The notes below the pieces were generated by a model. It had not been told where the DNA came from. It saw only the letters and a program-made list of their open reading frames with translations, and did not search any database. Below are positions 54,253 to 59,816 of a stretch of 59,816 bases of DNA, one piece after another; within the stretch, counting starts at the first letter, position 1, and every line of letters begins with the position of its first letter. A program made the position numbers and the translations under genes. Source of the stretch: a virus. The stretch lies in the IMG/VR virus record IMGVR_UViG_3300002140_000076; one strand, given 5' to 3'.

Positions 54253-55380
54253 TACGTACTTAGTAGCTCTTGCCATCTCAACAACTGAACTATCGTTTAT
54301 ATCTGATAATGCAATAGTAAATAGTAAGTAATTATTTACAGTATGATCAAATGCAACAGGTGTGGTATTTGGCATTCCTGCGTAGTCTGTTAGATTTGAA
54401 GTAGTTGCAGGATAAACAGTTAATGTGTTTGATGATATACGAGCAGTTCTAATTCCTTGAACAACAAGATTTGATCCACCGCCACTACCTCCGTTTAAAG
54501 TAAATAAAGCTATTGTAGTTCCTCCACCAGTTGGACTTGTACTTAGCATAACTCCACAAGTATGATTACCTGATTGCCCTGTTTTATGATACCTTGCAAC
54601 AAACTCAAGCATACCGCCTGTAGCATTAAATGTATATGCAGGGATAAGAATAGTTTGAGAAATTGTGGCAGCAAGTGTGCCTGTTACAGCAGTTCCGTCT
54701 GTTACCTTTAAACCAACTACCATTGGGTTTGATGGATTGGCATGAACAATTGGATTAGCAGGATCAGTTGTGTCTACGAATATGTTTGATCCTGGAACTA
54801 TTGACTCAACAAGACCCAAATCGCCCGAAACAAGTACAGAATCACCGTTAATTGTTTTTATATTTGTTCCAGAAACAAGGTCGTCTTGTTTCCCGTTAAG
54901 CTCACTTTGTAGATCTGTTTGATTGCTTAAAGTCCCTGTAATGCCACCCCAAACAGGTGCTAATGATACACCAGGTACACCTTGTATACCTTGTGGTCCA
55001 ACAGCTCCTTGACTTGCTAATAAAGCCCAGTCAGTAGTATTAATATCTGGAGTTACAGCTGAAGAAGTTGGATTAATGCAAAACCAAGATGCACCACCAA
55101 AACTTACAGCATCATCTAAAACATATGATGTGCCTCCAACAAAAGCTCCTTGCCAGTTTAACCCAGCTGGTCCTACTGCACCGTCTACCCCCTGAATACC
55201 TTGAGCACCTGTTTGTCCTACTGGACCTTGAGGACCCTGAGCACCAGCAGGTACAGTATCTAATATGTCTTGCATTGTATACGGCTCAGTCTCAGCATTA
55301 ATCTGTGCTGATTTTCTCTCCGTTAAGTCTACGCTCTCTGAGATTCCAATGAATCTTGTTGTTACTGGTATGTTTGCCAT
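54250..55380 (-). CDS. Collagen-like tail fibre protein, paralog A (376 aa)
   Basis: The N-terminal ~145 aa are closely paralogous to paralog B, with the same collagen and carbohydrate-binding-like block. The C-terminal domain is unrelated. Confidence 0.8.
   Translation of the reverse strand: MANIPVTTRFIGISESVDLTERKSAQINAETEPYTMQDILDTVPAGAQGPQGPVGQTGAQGIQGVDGAVGPAGLNWQGAFVGGTSYVLDDAVSFGGASWFCINPTSSAVTPDINTTDWALLASQGAVGPQGIQGVPGVSLAPVWGGITGTLSNQTDLQSELNGKQDDLVSGTNIKTINGDSVLVSGDLGLVESIVPGSNIFVDTTDPANPIVHANPSNPMVVGLKVTDGTAVTGTLAATISQTILIPAYTFNATGGMLEFVARYHKTGQSGNHTCGVMLSTSPTGGGTTIALFTLNGGSGGGSNLVVQGIRTARISSNTLTVYPATTSNLTDYAGMPNTTPVAFDHTVNNYLLFTIALSDINDSSVVEMARATKYV
54971..55295. repeat. 325-bp near-identical direct repeat, copy 2
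   Basis: See 53822..54146. Confidence 0.9.
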
Positions 55381-55381
55381 G

Positions 55382-55401
55382 TTTATTTATTTATTTATTT
55401 A
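55382..55401. repeat. (TTTA)5 tetranucleotide spacer
   Basis: Read directly. It contains the stop of ORF 55395..55574 and precedes the ATG at 55380. Confidence 0.9.
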
Positions 55402-55574
55402 TTTTTATAATATAAAATCTTGTTAATCAATAAGTTAGGGTCATTGAGACTTTCTTTTCTTTTTTGACACCCACACGGCTTCTTTGTTACCTCCGAAACC
55501 TTTTCAACTACAGCCTTTATTCCTGTTAGTTGTGTAATTTTTTCAATCGTATCTCCTAATCCTTTTGATTCCAT
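55395..55574 (-). CDS. Small conserved-looking protein (59 aa, below the track cutoff)
   Basis: Hand translation gives MESKGLGDTIEKITQLTGIKAVVEKVSEVTKKPCGCQKRKESLNDPNLLINKILYYKNK*. The GLGDTI.K.T..TGI....CGC..R pattern is familiar to me from small phage ORFs. Confidence 0.45.
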   Translation of the reverse strand: MESKGLGDTIEKITQLTGIKAVVEKVSEVTKKPCGCQKRKESLNDPNLLINKILYYKNK

Positions 55575-55578
55575 TTTA

Positions 55579-55586
55579 CAAAGATA
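55579..55586 (-). promoter_or_regulatory. -7 promoter box TATCTTTG, 4 nt before the ATG at 55574
   Basis: CAAAGATA on the plus strand. Implies a leaderless-type mRNA. Confidence 0.35.
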
Positions 55587-55587
55587 A

Positions 55588-55725
55588 CTATTTTCCTTGA
55601 CCCTTATATTTTTTCGTATAATTCTTAGATGACTTCATGGATGACTCTTTCGTCTTAGCATGTACGCCTGGTCTGCTTACTTTTTTTGTTGCAAGTTTTG
55701 CGATAGTGTTTGATTTTACAGCCAT
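55588..55725 (-). CDS. Tiny basic protein (45 aa)
   Basis: Hand translation gives MAVKSNTIAKLATKKVSRPGVHAKTKESSMKSSKNYTKKYKGQGK*. Confidence 0.4.
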   Translation of the reverse strand: MAVKSNTIAKLATKKVSRPGVHAKTKESSMKSSKNYTKKYKGQGK

Positions 55726-55859
55726 TACTTTTTCTTTTTATGCACTAAAGGTTTACTAGTATTAGTATGAATTTTACCTGTGTGTAGTTTAGTACCCATT
55801 TTATGAGTAGCACCCTTCCACTCTTTTCCATCTTTTGTGTAATGTTTTACGCCTTTCAT
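55725..55859 (-). CDS. Tiny basic His/Lys-rich protein (44 aa)
   Basis: Hand translation gives MKGVKHYTKDGKEWKGATHKMGTKLHTGKIHTNTSKPLVHKKKK*. It has a TAATG overlap with the next ORF. Confidence 0.4.
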   Translation of the reverse strand: MKGVKHYTKDGKEWKGATHKMGTKLHTGKIHTNTSKPLVHKKKK

Positions 55860-55865
55860 AATATT

Positions 55866-56138
55866 TTAACAATTCCATTTTTTTAATGCTAGAGCCTTTC
55901 TTGTTGGTTTCCCCTTCTCATCTTTCATTGATCCAGGCATACCAGACATTCTAGCGCAAAAGCTTTTACGTCTTTTTGCATCCTTGCTTCCAGCTTTTAA
56001 TTTGGAAGGCTTAGTAGTTACAGCCATCTTTAGATTACTACCTGGATTATCTTTTTTATAACTAGCAACTCCCTTAGCGTTCAATCCTCCAGATGGGCTC
56101 TTCCCCTCTTTTCTTGTCCAAGCTGGTGTATTAGCCAT
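55866..56138 (-). CDS. Small basic protein (90 aa)
   Basis: ORF-track ORF, K/R-rich (KRRKSFCARMSGMPG...KGKPTRKALALKKWNC), tiled with its neighbours. Confidence 0.55.
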   Translation of the reverse strand: MANTPAWTRKEGKSPSGGLNAKGVASYKKDNPGSNLKMAVTTKPSKLKAGSKDAKRRKSFCARMSGMPGSMKDEKGKPTRKALALKKWNC

Positions 56139-56139
56139 A

Positions 56140-56352
56140 TTACTTATTTTTATATCTTGGTAATTTAGTTTTGTTTGCTAATGTTGCAAGACCTGGCACT
56201 CTAACGGGATTAATCGTATCTTGCTTCTTTCTGATCTCACTCCACTTCATTACGTCTTTAGTTTTAAAGTTCTCAGCATCAAAATTAGGCACTGTTCCTT
56301 TCAATGCATCACCCTTTACGTAGTCAGGTTTTTTTTCGTTATCTGTGCTCAT
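56140..56352 (-). CDS. Small basic protein (70 aa), paralog of 56349..56522
   Basis: Shares VPNFDAENFK(T/N)K and a 31-nt exact DNA repeat (56262-56292 versus 56462-56492) with the upstream ORF. Confidence 0.55.
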   Translation of the reverse strand: MSTDNEKKPDYVKGDALKGTVPNFDAENFKTKDVMKWSEIRKKQDTINPVRVPGLATLANKTKLPRYKNK

Positions 56353-56522
56353 CGATATTCGTTTTTAATTTTCTTTACTAATTTTACAGCACCCTGAAAT
56401 TTATCAGTATTAATCTTATCTTGACCCTCTCTGATCTTACCCCAATCCCTTACAACTTTATTTTTAAAGTTCTCAGCATCAAAATTAGGCACAATTCCAT
56501 TAACGTAGTTAGAATTTTTCAT
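56349..56522 (-). CDS. Small basic protein (57 aa, below the track cutoff), paralog of 56140..56352
   Basis: Hand translation gives MKNSNYVNGIVPNFDAENFKNKVVRDWGKIREGQDKINTDKFQGAVKLVKKIKNEYR*. It has an ATGA overlap with the next ORF. Confidence 0.5.
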   Translation of the reverse strand: MKNSNYVNGIVPNFDAENFKNKVVRDWGKIREGQDKINTDKFQGAVKLVKKIKNEYR

Positions 56523-56536
56523 GTTTTTAAATTTTA

Positions 56537-56555
56537 TAACTTTGCATCAAAGGTA
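56537..56555. promoter_or_regulatory. Back-to-back divergent -7 boxes: TAACTTTG (plus, 56537-56544) and TACCTTTG (minus, 56548-56555)
   Basis: Both match TAnnTTTG inside the 52-bp spacer between the divergent ORFs 56349..56522 and 56575..57030. Confidence 0.45.
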
Positions 56556-56574
56556 CAAATAAATTTAATTTAAT

Positions 56575-57030
56575 ATGGGTAACAAAAGAACTCCTCCTCC
56601 ACAGGACTACATGAAATATTGGAGAGTGGTAAGATACTACGTTAAGATAAAATACAAGCTGTCAACGGCAGACTTAGATATGTTACTATTCCTTTTCTCA
56701 GAGAATTACTTTAACAAGTCAAAATTCTTAGAATTTAACGAGCTCACATCTTGGGATCCTAATAGATTTTATAGACTCCTAAAACAAGGATGGATAGTAA
56801 AGTTTCGTGAAAGAAAAGGAAGAGAGGCTACCCTATACGAGATATCATACAAGGGGAAGAGAATGGTTCAAAGTGTTTACGACAAATTGAATGGTGACGA
56901 GATATCCGAAAACAGATCAGTAAACCCTATGTTCCTAAAAAATGTCAACTACGAGGATAAGGTCTATAGAAACTTCATCAAGAAGATGAACGAAACTACA
57001 AGACAACAACAACGTCTCTCTCAACAATAA
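56575..57030 (+). CDS. Putative winged-helix DNA-binding protein (151 aa), the only plus-strand gene inside the minus arm
   Basis: DLDMLLFLFSENYFNKSKFLEF...FYRLLKQGWIVKFRERKGREATLYEISYKGKRMV has an HTH plus beta-wing pattern, as in MarR-like proteins. The function is tentative. Confidence 0.45.
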   Translation: MGNKRTPPPQDYMKYWRVVRYYVKIKYKLSTADLDMLLFLFSENYFNKSKFLEFNELTSWDPNRFYRLLKQGWIVKFRERKGREATLYEISYKGKRMVQSVYDKLNGDEISENRSVNPMFLKNVNYEDKVYRNFIKKMNETTRQQQRLSQQ

Positions 57031-57253
57031 TTGTATAGGTGTCACCGTTAACAACCATTGTGTAACCTGCTCTAGTGTCATAGTATATTGAGTCTCCTTC
57101 ATGGATAACCTCAACGTCCGTTCCAGGCTTTACAACTAATCCTTTTTTATAACGCATTTGATTTACGTCATCTGATGACAATAACAACCCAGAGGAGTGC
57201 TTAACCTCCTCTTCGATTGTCTTAATCAATATATATTTTCCAATTGGCTTCAT
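56996..57253 (-). CDS. groS: Co-chaperonin GroES / Cpn10 (85 aa)
   Basis: KPIGKYILIKTIEEEVKHSSGLLL...KGLVVKPGTDV..IHEGDSIYY...GYTMVVNGDTYTIIVERDVVVVL follows the Cpn10 pattern. It lies 3 nt downstream of groEL. Confidence 0.8.
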   Translation of the reverse strand: MKPIGKYILIKTIEEEVKHSSGLLLSSDDVNQMRYKKGLVVKPGTDVEVIHEGDSIYYDTRAGYTMVVNGDTYTIIVERDVVVVL

Positions 57254-57256
57254 GTC

Positions 57257-58846
57257 TTATTTTGCTTCATATGTTCGTGCCATTGTGATAATGGCGTTTG
57301 TTGATAATATTGTAACGGCAACAGATACAGCATTCTCAAGGGCTGACTTGGTTACCTTTAACGGGTCAATTATCCCCATTTTATACATACTTCCCCAATC
57401 AAGATTCTTTAGATCATAACCGTAGTCAATGTCACTCAATAGGATAGCCTCAGAGTCCTCATCCTTCACCTCAATACCTGCATTTAGCCATATCTGTTTC
57501 AGAGGCGCACGTAGTGCGCTCGATAGTATTTTTTGTGCAATTGTCCCTGTGAGACCCAACGACTCTTTGTAAAGAGCCACCCCTCCACCTGGTACGATGC
57601 CCTCTTCAAGTGCTGACCGAACTGCGCAAACAGCATCATCAACTCTATCGTAAAGCTCTTTCTGTTCTAGGTCAGTATTACCACCAACGTAGATCACACC
57701 AACACCACCAGTAAGTGATGCTATTCTTGATAGGATAAATTCTTTGTCAGCCTTCTTGTTTGTATTGTTGTATGCGTCTCTCAGCTCAGATACTCTTTCT
57801 GATACCATAGCAGACTGCTCAGTGTTCTCTTTTACGATGACAGATGAGTCACGCCCAACTATTACCTTAGCCGCATGACCCAAATCTGATACTGACATTA
57901 TGCTCAGATCGTCACCTGTCTTCTCAGAGAAGTATGTTGCGTTTACTGACAATGCTATGTCCTGCATCAGCTCGTGTTGTTTGTAACCGAAGTTTGGTGG
58001 GGCAATAGCACATACCTTTAGACCATTCTTCATCACGTTTGCTGCAAGAGTATTAATCACATTCTGTGAGCATGGTGCGATGATCAGTAATCTCTTACCC
58101 TCATTTATGATTGGTTTCAGTATGTTCTCAATGCTAAGTAAATTACTTATCTCAGCGTCACTAACAAGCACATAGGTGTCCTCAAGCATACACTCATCCT
58201 TACGGTGATCGTTGATGAATAGGTTTGAGGTATAGCCCCTGTCAATCTTTAAACCGTCAGTTGTCTCGTAGTACGTGTCAGATGTCTGTGAGTTAGCAAT
58301 TGTAACGACCCCTGTTTTACCCACCTTAGAGTACACCTCAGAGATGATCGCACCTATCTTGGTGTCATTGTTCGCTGAGATGATTGCAACGTCTCTAAGG
58401 GTCTTCCCTGACACCTTCTTTGAAGTCTTCTTTAGATTACTTATGATTGACTTGGTCTCTGACACAAGATCACGGAGCACCTCAGTCTTATTCTCGTTAG
58501 ATGTGATCAGCTCAAAGCCAGCCTTAACAAGTGCCTCTGTCAGCACGATTGATGTTGTTGTACCATCACCAGCAGATGTAGCTGTACGATCAGCCGCCTC
58601 TTTCATCATCCTTACCGCAAGGTTCTCAACTGGGTCTAATAGCTCAACAGCCTTAGCGACAGTGACACCATCCTTAGTTACCGTAATACCATGTGTGTGA
58701 TGTGGGCTCTCAATTAGTACCGTCTGTCCCGATGGACCCAACGTAGACTTAACTGCTGAAGCGATAGCTTCGATGCCCTTAAATAATTTCTCACGAGCCT
58801 CCTCGTTAAACTTTAAGTCCTTTGGAGAATATCCTAACTCTGACAT
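57257..58846 (-). CDS. groL: Chaperonin GroEL / Cpn60 (529 aa), lacking the C-terminal GGM tail
   Basis: The N-terminus KDLKFNEEAREKLFKGIEAIASAVKSTLGPSGQTVLIE...ITVTKDGVTVAKAVEL...AGDGTTTSIVLTEAL is the canonical GroEL equatorial-domain signature. GIIDPLKVTKSALENA lies near the C-terminus. Confidence 0.92.
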   Translation of the reverse strand: MSELGYSPKDLKFNEEAREKLFKGIEAIASAVKSTLGPSGQTVLIESPHHTHGITVTKDGVTVAKAVELLDPVENLAVRMMKEAADRTATSAGDGTTTSIVLTEALVKAGFELITSNENKTEVLRDLVSETKSIISNLKKTSKKVSGKTLRDVAIISANNDTKIGAIISEVYSKVGKTGVVTIANSQTSDTYYETTDGLKIDRGYTSNLFINDHRKDECMLEDTYVLVSDAEISNLLSIENILKPIINEGKRLLIIAPCSQNVINTLAANVMKNGLKVCAIAPPNFGYKQHELMQDIALSVNATYFSEKTGDDLSIMSVSDLGHAAKVIVGRDSSVIVKENTEQSAMVSERVSELRDAYNNTNKKADKEFILSRIASLTGGVGVIYVGGNTDLEQKELYDRVDDAVCAVRSALEEGIVPGGGVALYKESLGLTGTIAQKILSSALRAPLKQIWLNAGIEVKDEDSEAILLSDIDYGYDLKNLDWGSMYKMGIIDPLKVTKSALENAVSVAVTILSTNAIITMARTYEAK

Positions 58847-58873
58847 AATTCTTTATTTGATTTAATTTTTTTT

Positions 58874-58881
58874 CAAAGATA
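58874..58881 (-). promoter_or_regulatory. -7 promoter box TATCTTTG upstream of groEL
   Basis: CAAAGATA on the plus strand, 27 nt upstream of the ATG at 58846. Confidence 0.45.
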
Positions 58882-58948
58882 CTATTATTTCTTTAAGTAA
58901 TAAGAGATTCCGAAAATATAGAAATGTTGGTTTTTTCCTATATATATA

Positions 58949-59083
58949 TATATTAATTTATATAATAATATTATTTTTTTTTTAAAATTCTAAGTAAGTA
59001 AAATGAGCATTTTCAACATAACCACTGATGTTCAAGTAGTTACAAAAGCAGAATGAACATAAAATCAACATAAATTAGCATAA
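58949..59083 (+). promoter_or_regulatory. AT-rich module, copy 2: (TA)7, T-run, 17-mer AGCATTTTCAACATAAC (59016-59032), 33-nt spacer, 18-mer AACATAAAATCAACATAA (59066-59083)
   Basis: Same blocks, order, orientation and 33-nt spacing as 7767..7896. Confidence 0.6.
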
Positions 59084-59109
59084 AGAGATGAAACTTAACA
59101 CATTTTAAC

Positions 59110-59147
59110 AAAAAAAAGAGCAGATTATTAGTCTACTCCTATTTTTT
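59110..59147. terminator. Bidirectional terminator-like hairpin flanked by A8 and T6
   Basis: aaaaaaaa-gagcagat-tatt-agtctactc-ct-atttttt, an imperfect 8-9 bp stem. On the minus strand it follows ORF 59161..59340 and is followed by T8. Confidence 0.5.
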
Positions 59148-59160
59148 AAAGTGTGTTTTT

Positions 59161-59340
59161 CTAGTCCAATTGGTCAATTCCAAGAAACTTCTCTCTAATC
59201 TCTGCCTGAATTATGCCATCCGCAATCATCGATACTTTCTTTTCACGCTTTAAAAAATGCTTTAACTCTACAGCTTTTTGAATTCCTGTCATACCAAGTT
59301 CTTTCTTTGGTCCCATCATTTTATTTTTCATCTTCTCCAT
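59161..59340 (-). CDS. Small hypothetical protein (59 aa, below the track cutoff)
   Basis: Hand translation gives MEKMKNKMMGPKKELGMTGIQKAVELKHFLKREKKVSMIADGIIQAEIREKFLGIDQLD* with no internal stops. Confidence 0.4.
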   Translation of the reverse strand: MEKMKNKMMGPKKELGMTGIQKAVELKHFLKREKKVSMIADGIIQAEIREKFLGIDQLD

Positions 59341-59474
59341 TTATAATTTATACTAAATAATCCTAAATACAATACAAACTCATTATAATCATGATCATCA
59401 TCAGAAGGGTAATACGACCATCCAAAAAGAATACTCGTTTCTAACAATAATCCGATACTTAATTCCCAATTCAT
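59328..59474 (-). CDS. Small hypothetical protein (48 aa), the first ORF of the minus arm
   Basis: Hand translation gives MNWELSIGLLLETSILFGWSYYPSDDDHDYNEFVLYLGLFSINYKWRR*. A TATCTTTG box lies 3 nt upstream. Confidence 0.35.
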   Translation of the reverse strand: MNWELSIGLLLETSILFGWSYYPSDDDHDYNEFVLYLGLFSINYKWRR

Positions 59475-59477
59475 ATA

Positions 59478-59485
59478 CAAAGATA
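59478..59485 (-). promoter_or_regulatory. -7 promoter box TATCTTTG at the head of the minus arm
   Basis: CAAAGATA on the plus strand, 3 nt upstream of the ATG at 59474 and about 80 bp from the right terminal repeat. Confidence 0.4.
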
Positions 59486-59564
59486 AAAAAAAATATTAGA
59501 TGTCTATAGTATTTGGGTTCTATGTACCTGTGGGGAGAATTGACGAAAAAGGAAACGACATTTA

Positions 59565-59816
59565 TTTCGAGGGTGGGGGTACTGTTTTAAACTTTTTTGC
59601 TGGACTTTTTGGCGTTTATTCTAGCTATTATATCCTATGCATGCATAGTATTATTGCTATGCACTGCATAACATCCTCGTCCGTTTATCGTGGTCGGCTC
59701 CCCTCGTTCCTTCGCTCATTTCCCCGCCCCCACATCGCAGCTATTTACTATGCATGCATAGTATTAATCTTATTCACTGCACAACAAAAGCATCTACCAT
59801 GGTAACTAATTATGCG
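59565..59816. repeat. Right copy of the 252-bp direct terminal repeat
   Basis: Base-for-base identical to 1..252 by visual comparison. Confidence 0.95.

Noticed and set aside
53822-55295. Diversity-generating retroelement (template/variable repeat pair) as an explanation for the two fibre-gene repeats
   Set aside because: No reverse transcriptase ORF is present in the genome. The single mismatch seen is not an adenine-specific pattern. The repeat covers the conserved shaft rather than the C-terminal ligand-binding tip.
53940-55301. Two identical-looking plus-strand ORFs (MHHQNLQHHLKH...) at 53940..54203 and 55089..55301
   Set aside because: They are antisense shadows of the 325-bp repeat within the collagen-like fibre genes. 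The G-X-Y periodicity identifies the minus strand as coding.
53312-55401. Regularly spaced short repeats as a CRISPR-like array
   Set aside because: They are simple (TTTA)n microsatellites separated by whole genes. There are no 25-40 bp repeats with unique spacers, and no cas genes.
59500-59805. 101-aa plus-strand ORF running into the right terminal repeat, with its partial twin at the left end
   Set aside because: It lies almost wholly in the repeat, palindrome and GC-island region. Its composition is odd (Cys/Ile/Phe-rich). It has no upstream signal and would be truncated or duplicated by the terminal repeat. It is more likely non-coding cis-acting DNA.
1-59816. tRNA genes, integrase/excisionase and lysogeny repressor
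   Set aside because: I found no cloverleaf-compatible segments (no GTTCGAATC-like T-arm). No tyrosine or serine recombinase motifs are present in any ORF. The phage is treated as lytic, with the caveat that this is a by-eye scan.

Overview
The window looks like a complete, AT-rich, about 59.6 kb tailed-phage genome. Its first 252 bp recur exactly as its last 252 bp, so the unique length is 59564 bp. No integrase, tRNA, CRISPR array, DNA polymerase or recognisable RNA polymerase was found.

There are two divergent arms that start at the terminal-repeat region and converge at about 15.4 kb.

- **Plus-strand arm (511..15404).** It carries about 31 mostly small early ORFs and a replication/recombination set. 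That set has a Rad52-like (Sak-type) annealing protein, a PD-(D/E)XK exonuclease, a VirE-N/D5-like primase-helicase, an SNF2 helicase, a VRR-NUC nuclease, a metallophosphoesterase and two DnaA-domain-IV-like HTH proteins.
- **Minus-strand arm (59474 down to 15450).**
  - It opens with a phage-encoded groEL-groES pair, followed by a cluster of tiny basic proteins.
  - Next comes a large set of tail-fibre-like genes. It includes two collagen-like paralogs that share a 325-bp near-identical repeat, and a holin plus lysin cassette sits inside the set.
  - It ends with a T7-like morphogenesis order: possible small terminase, large terminase, portal, scaffold, major capsid, adaptor/nozzle candidates including a 1549-aa protein, then three internal-virion-type proteins. 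The last of these is a 2947-aa giant with an HExxH zincin motif.

Start codons lack Shine-Dalgarno sequences. TAnnTTTG boxes, mostly TATCTTTG, recur before genes. Both point to a Bacteroidota (Flavobacteriia-type) host.

The items most worth follow-up are:
- the chaperonin pair together with a possible tandem Cpn10-like protein;
- the giant polyvalent-type ejection protein;
- a duplicated AT-rich module with (TA)n, a 17-mer and an 18-mer, found before the primase gene and before groEL;
- the structure of the terminal repeat (two 14-bp palindromes and a GC-rich island);
- the fibre gene arsenal with its (TAAA)n spacers.

All functional calls rest on motif recognition by eye and on gene order. 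No database search was run.
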